From NCBI GenBank assembly GCA_947501625.1, contig CANMWN010000001.1, positions 381,319 through 445,318 of the forward strand: a DNA stretch of 64,000 nt, written 5' to 3'. The first letter of the stretch is position 1. Every line of letters begins with the position of its first letter. The position numbers and the translations under genes are program-made. Below the pieces are notes generated by a model. That model was not told where the DNA came from. It saw only the letters and a program-made list of their open reading frames with translations, and made no database searches. The DNA comes from an uncultured Flavobacteriaceae bacterium (GTDB taxonomy: Bacteria; Bacteroidota; Bacteroidia; Flavobacteriales; Flavobacteriaceae). Of this stretch, positions 36,170 through 46,324 are shown in pieces.

Positions 36170-36397
36170 ATGCCAACCATCGCTACATTAAAACAAGGAG
36201 AAAAAGGAATTATCAAAGAATTTGATATCGATATTATTCCACTCAAACTTATCGAAATGGGTTGTTTACCAGGAAACCATGTTGAGATGGTTCAATTTGC
36301 ACCATTTAATGACCCTCTATATATCAATATTAATGATAGTTATGTAGCCATAAGAAAAGAAACTGCTGAACAAATTTCAATCAAAATAATTGAATAA
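36170..36397 (+). CDS. feoA: Ferrous iron transport protein FeoA
   Basis: 75 aa SH3-like FeoA domain; directly precedes feoB. Confidence 0.8.
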   Translation: MPTIATLKQGEKGIIKEFDIDIIPLKLIEMGCLPGNHVEMVQFAPFNDPLYININDSYVAIRKETAEQISIKIIE

Positions 36398-36406
36398 ATT
36401 AAAACT

Positions 36407-38515
36407 ATGAGCGTTGAAACTTTAAAAGTTGCTTTGATTGGAAATCCTAATACTGGAAAGACTTCAGTTTTTAATCACCTCACAGGTTTAAATCAACAAG
36501 TTGGAAATTATCCTGGAATTACAGTAGAGAAAAAAGTAGGTTATTGTAAACTTACTAGACATCAAAAGGCAAAAATTATTGATTTGCCTGGAACTTATAG
36601 TCTAAATGCTTCTTCATTAGATGAAAGCGTAGTTATTGAACTATTGATGAACAAAAAGGACGAAAATTATCCTGATGTTGCAGTAGTAGTTACGGAAGTT
36701 GAAAACCTTAAAAGAAATCTCTTACTTTTTACTCAAATTAAAGACCTTGAAATCCCTACAATTCTCGTCATCAATATGTCCGATAGAATGAAAAGAAAAG
36801 GCATTTCTATTGATGTTGAAACCCTCGAGAAAGAGTTGGACACTAAAATTGCTTTGGTGAGTTCTAGAACCAAAGATGGAATAGAAAAGATTAAAGAAAT
36901 AATAATAGACTATAAAACTCTTAATTCAAATACGTGTTTAGAAGCATCGGATATTGATAAAGAATACTTTTCTAGACTTCAAAAAGTTTTTCCAAATCAA
37001 AGTTTATATAAATTATGGTTAGTCATAACACAAGATGTGAATTTTGGAAAAATTGAGAAAAAACAATTAAAAGAAAAAGCGTCATTCGCTACCAAATCGT
37101 CATCAGAAATAAAGAGATTACAGCAAAAGGAAACGATTGCACGTTATAAATTTATTAATAATGTATTGAAAAAAAGTTATGTTGTAGATAAATCAAAAGC
37201 AACCGACTTACGTGGAGTTTTAGACAGAATCTTGACTCACAAAATCTTTGGATATGTAATATTTTTTGGAATTTTACTATTCATATTTCAGTTATTATTT
37301 CACTGGAGCAGTGTCCCTATGGACTTTATCGATAGTTCATTTGCTTCACTTGGAGATTGGACAAGAAATTATTTACCAGAAGGAAAATTTACCGATCTAT
37401 TGGTTGATGGAATTATTGCTGGATTAGGCGGAGTTGTAATTTTCATTCCTCAAATTGCATTTTTGTTTTTGTTTATTTCCATATTGGAAGAAAGCGGTTA
37501 TATGAGTCGTGTCGTTTTCTTAATGGATAGAATAATGAGGCGTTTTGGATTGAGTGGAAAGAGTGTTGTTCCGCTTATTTCTGGTACTGCTTGTGCCATA
37601 CCTGCAATTATGGCTACACGTAATATTGAAAGTTGGAAAGAGCGATTGATAACCATATTGGTTACTCCTTTTACTACTTGTTCGGCAAGATTACCTGTTT
37701 ATGCTATATTGATTGCTTTAGTGATTCCAAATGAAAGAGTTTTTGGAATTTTTAATGCTCAAGGACTAACCTTAATGTTATTATATTTATTAGGTTTTAC
37801 AAGTGCTATTATTGCGGCATTTATATTGAACAAAACTCTAAAAATAAAGAGCAAATCTTATTTTGTAATTGAAATGCCTAATTATAAAGTGCCATTAATA
37901 AGAAATGTATTTATCAATGTTTATGAAAAAACAAAAGCCTTTTTAATTGATGCTGGTAAAATCATTTTAGCAATATCGATTATTTTATGGTTTTTGGCTT
38001 CGTATGGACCAAGTGAAAACTTTTCTAATGCTGAAGAAATAGTTAAGAAAGAATATGTAAACGAGCAGATAAGTGATGTTGAGTTGGATGATAAGATAGC
38101 TGCTTATAAATTGGAACATTCTTATATTGGTATTGTTGGAAAAACAATTGAACCAGTCATAAAACCTTTGGGATATGATTGGAAAATCGGAATTGCATTG
38201 GTAACATCATTTGCAGCAAGAGAAGTTTTTGTTGGAACATTGGCAACAATTTATAGTGTTGGTAGTGCTGGTGAAGAAGAGGAAACTATCAAACAAAAAA
38301 TGGCTGCTGAAGTATATCCAAATGGACAGAAAATATTTACCATGGCAAGTGGGATTTCCTTATTGTTATTTTATGCTTTTGCGATGCAGTGTATGGCTAC
38401 ATTGGCGATTGTAAAAAAGGAAACGAATAGTTGGAAATGGCCAATGATTCAATTGATTGGAATGTCTACTATTGCTTATATTTCCGCTTTAATTGCATTT
38501 CAATTTTTAAAATAG
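36407..38515 (+). CDS. feoB: Ferrous iron transporter FeoB
   Basis: 702 aa; N-terminal G-domain (GNPNTGKTS, DLPG), then a polytopic membrane domain with gate motifs. Confidence 0.9.
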   Translation: MSVETLKVALIGNPNTGKTSVFNHLTGLNQQVGNYPGITVEKKVGYCKLTRHQKAKIIDLPGTYSLNASSLDESVVIELLMNKKDENYPDVAVVVTEVENLKRNLLLFTQIKDLEIPTILVINMSDRMKRKGISIDVETLEKELDTKIALVSSRTKDGIEKIKEIIIDYKTLNSNTCLEASDIDKEYFSRLQKVFPNQSLYKLWLVITQDVNFGKIEKKQLKEKASFATKSSSEIKRLQQKETIARYKFINNVLKKSYVVDKSKATDLRGVLDRILTHKIFGYVIFFGILLFIFQLLFHWSSVPMDFIDSSFASLGDWTRNYLPEGKFTDLLVDGIIAGLGGVVIFIPQIAFLFLFISILEESGYMSRVVFLMDRIMRRFGLSGKSVVPLISGTACAIPAIMATRNIESWKERLITILVTPFTTCSARLPVYAILIALVIPNERVFGIFNAQGLTLMLLYLLGFTSAIIAAFILNKTLKIKSKSYFVIEMPNYKVPLIRNVFINVYEKTKAFLIDAGKIILAISIILWFLASYGPSENFSNAEEIVKKEYVNEQISDVELDDKIAAYKLEHSYIGIVGKTIEPVIKPLGYDWKIGIALVTSFAAREVFVGTLATIYSVGSAGEEEETIKQKMAAEVYPNGQKIFTMASGISLLLFYAFAMQCMATLAIVKKETNSWKWPMIQLIGMSTIAYISALIAFQFLK

Positions 38516-38553
38516 TTTTGTAATATTTGTATAGACTCTTCGACTTATAAATT

Positions 38554-38685
38554 ATGATAAACACACAAGAAATATTAGTTTACATTACTGTTTTTTTAGC
38601 AGTTGCTTATCTTGTCAAAAAGTATTTTTACAAGCCAAAAAAGGCTGTAAAATCTTGTGGTAAAGATAAGTGTGGTTGTCATTAA
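38554..38685 (+). CDS. FeoB-associated Cys-rich small membrane protein
   Basis: 43 aa (MINTQEILVYITVFLAVAYLVKKYFYKPKKAVKSCGKDKCGCH): one TM helix and a C-terminal CxxxxCxC cluster, immediately after feoB. Not in the ORF track because it falls below the length cutoff. Confidence 0.5.
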   Translation: MINTQEILVYITVFLAVAYLVKKYFYKPKKAVKSCGKDKCGCH

Positions 38686-39846
38686 TCATCCTCTAAACAA
38701 AAAGAAATCATCTTTCATATGCTCAATTTGAGCATCTTCATTGGTTATGATATAGTCGATGGCTTGTGAAGTAAATGTATCTCCTTTTTCGGTCAATGAA
38801 ACTATATCATTATCAATATGAATCATGTTATTTTTTAAGGCTAAATCCAAAACTACTTTAGAACGAACTTTTTGCCAATTAATATGTTCATTCAAGTGAT
38901 TTACATGGCGTTCACTTTCTTCCGAATGGTTTTTTAAATGTAGTAAGAACGTTAACAAAGAAACTTCTGTGCGTTGTTGTTTTTCTCTATACATTACAGA
39001 AATTAAACCCTTATTAGGAGCAAATAAATACACTACTAAAAATAGCAATCCAAGCATCGTAGTTATGGATCCTGAAATAGAAGCATCTAACCAATACGCA
39101 AACCAATAACCACTTATTGCGCCAAAAACACCAAAACCAATGGCAAGTAATAACATTTTTTTCAGGTCTTTGGTTAATAAATAAGCAGCAGCAGCAGGAG
39201 CAATCATTAAGGCTACAACCAAAATTGCACCAACTGCATCAAATGCTCCAACTGTTGTTACAGATGAAACAGACATCAATCCGTAGTGAATAATTGCAGG
39301 AGAAAAGCCTAAAGATGCAGCAAGCCCTTTATCAAATGTACTTACCTTTAATTCCTTAAAAAATCCTATCAATAAAGTTACTGTTATTAGTAAAATTATT
39401 CCAATGATCCAAAGAGATTTTGGTCCAAAATCTACTCCATCAATAAGCAATCTATCAAATGGAGCAAAGGCTAATTCGCCTAATAAAACTGCATCAACAT
39501 CAAGATGAACGTCATTAGCATTTTTTGCAATCATGATCACACCAATGCTGAACAATGCTGGAAATACCAAACCAATGGCAGTGTCTTCTTTTACCAATCC
39601 AGTTTTTTGAATATACTCAACAAGAATCACTGTAATAATTCCTGTTAATGCTGCTAATAAAATAAGTAAAGGCGAGTTTAAATTGTGTGTAATAAAGAAT
39701 CCTATAACAATTCCAGGCAAAATAGAATGACTAATTGCATCACTAATCATAGCCATTTTGCGCAGGACTAAAAATGTTCCAGGAATTGCACAAGCAATAG
39801 CGACTAGACTTGCAATAAGTTGTATTTCTATTTGAGCGCTATTCAT
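38686..39846 (-). CDS. Metal (Mn/Zn/Fe) ABC transporter permease with a ~95-aa C-terminal cytoplasmic extension
   Basis: 386 aa; ABC-3 permease core (about 290 aa, 8-9 TM), then a soluble tail (LLHLKNH...LTEKGDTFTSQAIDYII) resembling a winged-helix / DtxR-like domain. Confidence 0.78.
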   Translation of the reverse strand: MNSAQIEIQLIASLVAIACAIPGTFLVLRKMAMISDAISHSILPGIVIGFFITHNLNSPLLILLAALTGIITVILVEYIQKTGLVKEDTAIGLVFPALFSIGVIMIAKNANDVHLDVDAVLLGELAFAPFDRLLIDGVDFGPKSLWIIGIILLITVTLLIGFFKELKVSTFDKGLAASLGFSPAIIHYGLMSVSSVTTVGAFDAVGAILVVALMIAPAAAAYLLTKDLKKMLLLAIGFGVFGAISGYWFAYWLDASISGSITTMLGLLFLVVYLFAPNKGLISVMYREKQQRTEVSLLTFLLHLKNHSEESERHVNHLNEHINWQKVRSKVVLDLALKNNMIHIDNDIVSLTEKGDTFTSQAIDYIITNEDAQIEHMKDDFFLFRG

Positions 39847-40963
39847 TATTCGATTGTTGATTATATAAGTTTGAAGCAGTTTTAAAACCTTCTTGAGTGA
39901 GACTCCACATATTCCCTTGAAGATTTACATAGTTTTTGTCGACCAATTTTTGAAGTGTTTTGCGTGTAAACCCTTGGAAGTTGTTTAATATTTTAATAGT
40001 ATGTGGATGTGAAATATCTTCGTGTGTTTCTGCAATATTGTACATAAATGCAAGTGTTTTATGCAGCTCTAAATCCCTTCGATTTTTAATGAACCTAATT
40101 TGTTTAAAAAGCAACCCTCTACTTGGTGAAAATATAAAAGAAAACATGACAAAAACGGATGCGACCAATACAATAACTGGTCCAGTTGAAAGATTGTTTT
40201 GACTAGCACTAATTGCCGTTCCTACAACTCCAGAAAACGCTCCAAAAATTGCAGCGAGAATTACCATTACTCCCAAACTATTGGTCCATTGTCTTGCCGC
40301 TGCCGCTGGTGCTAATAGCATAGCACTCATTAAAACAACTCCAACGGTTTGTAAGCCTAAAACAATAGCTAATACTATAAATGAAGTGATTAGAATATCA
40401 ATAAATTTAGTATTAAATCCAATTGTTTTAGTATAGTCGGCATCAAACAATAAGATTTTAAATTCCTTCCAAAATAGCAATAAAACTACTAAACAAATTC
40501 CTGTAATAATAGCCATCAACCACACATCACTTTCAACTAATGTTGCTGCTTGACCAAACAAATATTTATCCAATCCTGCTTGATTGGCATTTGGTTGTTT
40601 TTGAATAAAGGTCAAAAGCAACATTCCAAATCCAAAAAATAATGAAAGTATTAAACCTAGAGCAGTATCGGACTTTAAATGTGTTTTTGTAATAATTCCA
40701 CGTATCCAAAAAGTTCCAATGAGTCCACTTATAAGCGCTCCCAATAATAGTGTATTACTATCTTTTGCTCCTGTTAAAAGAAAAGCAATCGCAATTCCAG
40801 GCAATGCAGCATGTGAAATAGCATCTCCAAGTAAACTCTGTTTCCTAAGCACAGCAAAACTTCCTAACATGCCAGTAACTGCTCCTAAAATAGCTGTTCC
40901 AAGTGTGATGGTGCGTAGTGTGTAATCACTAAAAACTAAAGAAAAATACTCTTGGATATCCAT
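39839..40963 (-). CDS. Metal ABC transporter permease (second subunit), also with a ~85-aa C-terminal extension
   Basis: 374 aa; ABC-3 permease core plus a tail (KTLAFMYNIAETHEDISHPHTI..LQKLVDKNYVNLQGNMWSLTQEG) with a winged-helix-like pattern. Confidence 0.78.
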   Translation of the reverse strand: MDIQEYFSLVFSDYTLRTITLGTAILGAVTGMLGSFAVLRKQSLLGDAISHAALPGIAIAFLLTGAKDSNTLLLGALISGLIGTFWIRGIITKTHLKSDTALGLILSLFFGFGMLLLTFIQKQPNANQAGLDKYLFGQAATLVESDVWLMAIITGICLVVLLLFWKEFKILLFDADYTKTIGFNTKFIDILITSFIVLAIVLGLQTVGVVLMSAMLLAPAAAARQWTNSLGVMVILAAIFGAFSGVVGTAISASQNNLSTGPVIVLVASVFVMFSFIFSPSRGLLFKQIRFIKNRRDLELHKTLAFMYNIAETHEDISHPHTIKILNNFQGFTRKTLQKLVDKNYVNLQGNMWSLTQEGFKTASNLYNQQSNNE

Positions 40964-41700
40964 TATTCTTGAATACTTACTTTATAATTTATACCGTACG
41001 TTTTTGTTAAATTATCGTCATTAAAGATGTCTTTCACAGGTCCAGTTGCAATCTTTTTTACATTCAAGAAAGTCACCCAATCAAAATACTCAGGAACAGT
41101 TTGTAAATCATGATGTACAACAATCACAGTTTTTCCAGCCTTTCTAAGTTCTTTGAGAATATTTATTATGGCTATTTCAGTTGTTGCATCCACACCTTGA
41201 AAAGGCTCATCCATAAAGTATATTGATGCATTTTGAACTAATGCTCTGGCTAAGAAAATTCGCTGCTGTTGCCCTCCAGATAATTGACTTATTTGTCGGT
41301 TTTTAAAAGAAAGCATCCCAACTTTTTCTAGGGCTTCAAGTGCTGCTTTTTTTTCTTTTTGTCGAGGTCTTTTTATCCAGCCTAAGCTTCCATAAGTTCC
41401 CATCATCACAACGTCTAAAGCAGTTGTTGGAAAATCCCAATCTACACTTCCTTTTTGAGGTACATAAGCAACTAATTTACGTTGCTCTTCATATGGTTTT
41501 CCATAAATACTTACACTTCCAGCTATAGGATTTAAGATTCCTAAAATAGATTTTATCAAAGTAGATTTTCCAGCACCGTTGGGCCCAACAATTGCCATCA
41601 AAACACCTTCAGGAATCTCAAGGTCAATATCCCATAATACAGGCTTATAGTTATAAGCAACTGTTAAATCATCTACTTTTACGGCTATATTCTTTTCCAT
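40963..41700 (-). CDS. Metal ABC transporter ATP-binding protein
   Basis: 245 aa; Walker [10 protein letters not shown], signature LSGGQQQR, Walker B FMDEP. Confidence 0.85.
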   Translation of the reverse strand: MEKNIAVKVDDLTVAYNYKPVLWDIDLEIPEGVLMAIVGPNGAGKSTLIKSILGILNPIAGSVSIYGKPYEEQRKLVAYVPQKGSVDWDFPTTALDVVMMGTYGSLGWIKRPRQKEKKAALEALEKVGMLSFKNRQISQLSGGQQQRIFLARALVQNASIYFMDEPFQGVDATTEIAIINILKELRKAGKTVIVVHHDLQTVPEYFDWVTFLNVKKIATGPVKDIFNDDNLTKTYGINYKVSIQE

Positions 41701-42611
41701 TATTTAAGTGCGTTTACAATCGTATTTACGTTGTATTCAAACATTCCTATATAAGTTCCTTCAACCGTTCCAGCATTTCCTAAAGCATCAGAATATAAAG
41801 TCCCACCAATAATTACTTCGTGACCTTTTGATTTTACAGCAGCTTGTAATGCTTCAATCGTTCGTTTTGGTACTGAACTTTCTACAAAAATTGCTTTTAC
41901 TTTTTTATCAATGATAAATGCTGCCAATTTCTGTACGTCTTGAACTCCTGCTTCTGTTGCAGTTGACAACCCTTGTAAACCTACTACTTCAAAACCATAG
42001 TTTTTACCAAAATAATTAAAAGCATCATGCGCTGTAACCAAAATTCTTTTTTCTGCCGGAAGCGTTTCAATAATTGAGTTTATTCTTGTTTGCAAATTAT
42101 TTAGTTTTAACAAATACTGCTTTTCATTTTCTATATAGTTGGAAGCATTATTAGGATCTTTTTCTGATAAAACTTTAGTTACTTTATTAGCAAATTTCTT
42201 GAAGTATGAGATGTTGAACCATACATGAGGATCGTAATTTGAAGCAAAATAATCTGAACCAATTAGTGTAGTTTTATCTAGTCCATCAGTTAAAGCAATT
42301 GGAGTTTTTGTTGCGCTTCCCATCTTTTCAAACACCTCAACAAGTTTACCTTCAAGGTGCAATCCATTGTAAAAAATGATATCGGCATTTAAAAGTTTAG
42401 AAACATCACCTTCACTTGCTTTGTATAAATGTGGATCAACTCCACTTCCCATTAATCCTTGAACATTTATATGTTCTCCTCCTATATTTTTAACCAAATC
42501 GGTAATCATTGTTGTCGTAGTTACAACATTAAGTTTCCCGTTTTCTTTAACTTCTTTTTTACAACTAATAATTATAGTTGTGATTAACAATATGAGTATA
42601 AACTTTTTCAT
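41700..42611 (-). CDS. Metal ABC transporter substrate-binding lipoprotein (TroA/ZnuA/SitA cluster 9)
   Basis: 303 aa; lipobox IISC and cluster-9 SBP fold with metal-ligand His/Asp positions (DPH.Y; H.EG; AHDAF). Confidence 0.82.
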   Translation of the reverse strand: MKKFILILLITTIIISCKKEVKENGKLNVVTTTTMITDLVKNIGGEHINVQGLMGSGVDPHLYKASEGDVSKLLNADIIFYNGLHLEGKLVEVFEKMGSATKTPIALTDGLDKTTLIGSDYFASNYDPHVWFNISYFKKFANKVTKVLSEKDPNNASNYIENEKQYLLKLNNLQTRINSIIETLPAEKRILVTAHDAFNYFGKNYGFEVVGLQGLSTATEAGVQDVQKLAAFIIDKKVKAIFVESSVPKRTIEALQAAVKSKGHEVIIGGTLYSDALGNAGTVEGTYIGMFEYNVNTIVNALK

Positions 42612-43291
42612 TTTAATTTATGAGTATTTATGTTTTTAACAAATAGATTTTTAGCAACTTCTTCAGTGATTAATATTTTTTGCTCGTTTAAAATTACTTC
42701 AAGGGATTTATCAAAAGATTCTCTATGAACAATCTTTATTTTATTTCCAATCGCTATTCCTTTATTGTTTAAATATTTTAAGAATACATCAGACGAATCT
42801 TTAACACCAACTATTGAACTTTCTTGATCAATTTCTAATTCAGACAATAATTTTTTAGTAAATATTGGGATATTTCCATTTTTATCAGGTATTGGATCTC
42901 CATGAGGATCTACTTCAGGAAATCCAAGAAATTTATCCAAATTATCTATTAAAGTTTCTGACTTCACATGTTCCAATTGCTCTGCTATCTCATGTACCTC
43001 ATCCCATCTGTATGAAAGATGTTTTACTAAAAAAACCTCCCATAAACGATGACTTCTAATAATGGATACTGCTGTTTTTTTACCTTGATCTGATAGTTTT
43101 ACGCCTTGATATTTTTTGTAATTGACTAATTTTTTATCAGCCAATTTTTTAACCATATCAGTTACTGATGATGCTTTTGTAACCAATTTGTTTGCTAAAT
43201 CATTGGTGCTAACATTGCTTTCAGACTTTTTTGAAAGGCTAAATATTGCCTTTAAATAGTTCTCTTCGGTATATGATAAATTACTTTTCAC
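42608..43291 (-). CDS. DtxR/MntR-family metal-dependent transcriptional regulator with a C-terminal FeoA-like domain
   Basis: 227 aa; N-terminal wHTH (YLKAIF.L), metal-binding dimerisation domain (HRLWE.FL...L), C-terminal SH3-like FeoA domain. First gene of the metal ABC operon. Confidence 0.78.
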   Translation of the reverse strand: MKSNLSYTEENYLKAIFSLSKKSESNVSTNDLANKLVTKASSVTDMVKKLADKKLVNYKKYQGVKLSDQGKKTAVSIIRSHRLWEVFLVKHLSYRWDEVHEIAEQLEHVKSETLIDNLDKFLGFPEVDPHGDPIPDKNGNIPIFTKKLLSELEIDQESSIVGVKDSSDVFLKYLNNKGIAIGNKIKIVHRESFDKSLEVILNEQKILITEEVAKNLFVKNINTHKLK

Positions 43292-43361
43292 GATACAAAT
43301 ATACTTATAAATTTACATTTGTATAAAAAAATATTTAGATTAGTCTAAAAATTATATACAT

Positions 43362-44147
43362 TTGCCAAAAATTAAAGCAATAATGAAGCAAATAATAACC
43401 ATACTATTCATATTTACATCGCTAACCATATTTTCTCAAAATATTATTACCGATAGACCTGACCAAACCGAAGCCTCTTCTACCATCCCTAAAAATAGTT
43501 TTCAGATAGAAATGGGAATTGTCTCTCAAACTTCTAACGATAGTAGATTAACAAATTTTGCTGGGCCATCAACACTTCTTAGATATGGATTATCAAAAAC
43601 AGTAGAATTGCGTTTATTTAATCAATTTGAATCAAATAAACTGGAATTGGAAGGTGGAAACACTAAAAGTTCAGGGTTAAGTGATATTGAAATTGGTGCA
43701 AAAATTCAATTGCTAAAAAAAGAAGACGTAAATACTGAAATTGCATTTATTTCTCATGCAATAATTCCAACTGCTAAAGATGAGTTATCAAATAATAATC
43801 TTGGAACAATTAATAAATTATCCATTTCTCACGCTATCACTGATAATATTGGGATTGGGTACAATATTGGATATGACTATGTAAATAAAACAAGTGCTTT
43901 AACATATTCTGTCGCACTAGGATTTGCTTTGGGTGAGAAATTTGGAATATATGTTGAGCCTTTTGGTGCTTTGACAGAAGGAAACAACTTTGAGAGCAAT
44001 TTTGATGCTGGACTTACATATTTAGCAAAAAATAATTTGCAATTAGACGTTTCTTATGGAACAGGATTGAATAACGACATGCAATATGCTTCTGCCGGAT
44101 TTAGTTGGAATATTCCTAAATTTTTGAAGAAGAATAAAGATAATTAA
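43362..44147 (+). CDS. Outer-membrane beta-barrel protein (MetA-pathway-of-phenol-degradation-like transporter family, PF13557)
   Basis: 261 aa; signal peptide, alternating amphipathic beta-strand pattern, and a C-terminal aromatic residue context. TTG start. Confidence 0.5.
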   Translation: MPKIKAIMKQIITILFIFTSLTIFSQNIITDRPDQTEASSTIPKNSFQIEMGIVSQTSNDSRLTNFAGPSTLLRYGLSKTVELRLFNQFESNKLELEGGNTKSSGLSDIEIGAKIQLLKKEDVNTEIAFISHAIIPTAKDELSNNNLGTINKLSISHAITDNIGIGYNIGYDYVNKTSALTYSVALGFALGEKFGIYVEPFGALTEGNNFESNFDAGLTYLAKNNLQLDVSYGTGLNNDMQYASAGFSWNIPKFLKKNKDN

Positions 44148-44184
44148 TCTTATTTTTGAGTTACTAAAAACTCGAAAATAAATC

Positions 44185-45054
44185 TTGAAAAAGTTAGTAC
44201 ATGATTTAAAAATATCTCGTCCTGGACTGTGGTTTCCAACTGTTTGGATTTATTTAGTTCCATTCAGTTTAGCAACTAATTTTTGGGAATCTTATCTATT
44301 TTGGATTGGTTTGTTTTTTGTCACTTTTCCGTTGAATTATCTCGTGTATGGGATGAATGATTATAATGATCAAAAAGCAGATGAACTCAATGAAAGGAAA
44401 GGAAATTTTATTTTCGGCGCAAAGTCTTCTAAAAGTCAGTTAGAAGGATTATTGACTAAAATTTCAATCGTCATTTTACCATTTATAATCTTCTTTACCA
44501 TAATTAAAGGTTATAAAATGCTATTACTTTTATTATTTATGATTGTCATAAATGTAGTTTATAACTTCAAGCCATTTCGAATAAAAGAACGCCCACCGTT
44601 TGAGATTTGTATTCAAATTGGTTATGTATTTACTGCTTTTTTTAGTGTGTTATTAAATGATTTAAATCAATTGCCTTGGCAAACGATTTTATATTTGACT
44701 TTGTTTGCTTTTCAAGCACATATTGCTGGAGAAATTATGGATATCGAACCTGATATTAGGGCTGGTAAAAAGACAACTGCAACATTAATCGGAAGAAAAA
44801 AGACGAAATTATTTATGCTATTTCTTCTTTTAATTGAAACGTATATACTTTCAGTTTGGTTTCAAGATTATATATTGGCTGGATTTTTAGGTATATTTTC
44901 TATTTGGTTAATTCTCGACGTATTTATCTTTTTTAAAGAAAAACCGTACAATTTATTTCAAATGAAATTATTTGGATTTGCAATGAATATATCTGCAATC
45001 TTATCAATGATTTGGATACTTTATTCAGGTAAATTATTACAGCCAGTATTTTAA
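44185..45054 (+). CDS. UbiA-family prenyltransferase
   Basis: 289 aa, eight TM helices; Asp-rich motif YGMNDYNDQKAD (NDxxDxxxD) and a second D-rich motif DIEPDIRAGKKT. Confidence 0.65.
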   Translation: MKKLVHDLKISRPGLWFPTVWIYLVPFSLATNFWESYLFWIGLFFVTFPLNYLVYGMNDYNDQKADELNERKGNFIFGAKSSKSQLEGLLTKISIVILPFIIFFTIIKGYKMLLLLLFMIVINVVYNFKPFRIKERPPFEICIQIGYVFTAFFSVLLNDLNQLPWQTILYLTLFAFQAHIAGEIMDIEPDIRAGKKTTATLIGRKKTKLFMLFLLLIETYILSVWFQDYILAGFLGIFSIWLILDVFIFFKEKPYNLFQMKLFGFAMNISAILSMIWILYSGKLLQPVF

Positions 45055-45953
45055 CCTTTTTTCATACTGATTAAATACACACCAATTACAACAAATAAAC
45101 AACTAAGAATTTTAATCAAATTTATGTCTTGTGCATATTCTGTTTGATTGAATGCATATGCATACAGAGCAACCATTATAAAACTAATTGCTGGTTGGAG
45201 ATATACATAACTTCCAGCTACAGATGGAGCAACATGGTTTAATGCATAAATGTTAAATAAATATGCAAAAAACGTTGTGCCCAAAATAACAAATACTAAA
45301 GTTAAATATGTACTCGTTGTAAAAGCGGAAAAATTGGTGGTTAATAAATCTTGAATTCCGAAAGGAAACATAAATATAAAACCAAAAAGAAAGATCCAAC
45401 TAATAATTGTAATTGTGTTGTATTTTTTCATCAATGGTTTTACAATAACTAAGTAAAAACCGTAGGAACAAGCATTAATAAAAATAAACAAATTTCCTAA
45501 TAAGGAACTTGTTCCGCCAGCTTTATTTCCATAGGCAATTAAAACAATAGCGCCGACACTTCCAATTGCAATTCCTAACAATTTATTGAAAGTAATTTTC
45601 TCCTTTAGAATAAAAAAACTATAAATCAAAACTATAACAGGAAGAGAAGTCATGATAATTGAAGCATCAATTGGTGAAGTTAAATTAAGGCCATGAAAAA
45701 ACAATAATTGATTAATAGCAATTCCAAAAATTCCACAAAAAATTAATCGGACGAAATCTTTCTTCTCTACTTTTTCTTTGATAAAACTTTTAAGAATCCA
45801 GAATAAAATTCCAGCACCTAAAATTCTTAGAAAAATAAAAGCGGAAGGTCCAATTTTGTTTGGCATTATGCCTTTGGCAATGATATAATTAGCGCCATAA
45901 ATAAGATTGGCTCCTAATAAGGCAAAATGTGCTTTGTAGAGGTTTTTAGTCAA
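45051..45953 (-). CDS. EamA/DMT-family transporter
   Basis: 300 aa, ten TM helices, duplicated EamA repeats. Confidence 0.7.
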   Translation of the reverse strand: MTKNLYKAHFALLGANLIYGANYIIAKGIMPNKIGPSAFIFLRILGAGILFWILKSFIKEKVEKKDFVRLIFCGIFGIAINQLLFFHGLNLTSPIDASIIMTSLPVIVLIYSFFILKEKITFNKLLGIAIGSVGAIVLIAYGNKAGGTSSLLGNLFIFINACSYGFYLVIVKPLMKKYNTITIISWIFLFGFIFMFPFGIQDLLTTNFSAFTTSTYLTLVFVILGTTFFAYLFNIYALNHVAPSVAGSYVYLQPAISFIMVALYAYAFNQTEYAQDINLIKILSCLFVVIGVYLISMKKG

Positions 45954-46324
45954 TATTTTTTAATTGTTTGAACAGATGTAAAATTACAAAAACCATTTTA
46001 CTGATTGTGTTTTTATAGTTGAGATATATTCATTAAGTCATCAAAGATATTAATTGATGCAAACACTTCACTGTTTTCTATATAAAACGTAAATTTGCCA
46101 ATTCATATGAGAATCGAGGTGCATCGATGCAAAGCATCGAACTCTTTTCAGCAGAATAAAAAACAAAATCGTTAAGAATTTCTGAAACCTTGGAATAAAT
46201 TTAGATTTTGTTTTTGGTTTTCCGAAAGGAAAAATTCATTTGAAAAGTGTCCTTTCTTTTGGTTCGTTTTCTTTGAATAAGCAAAGAAAATGAAGAGAAC
46301 AATTAGATAATGATATTTTAGATT

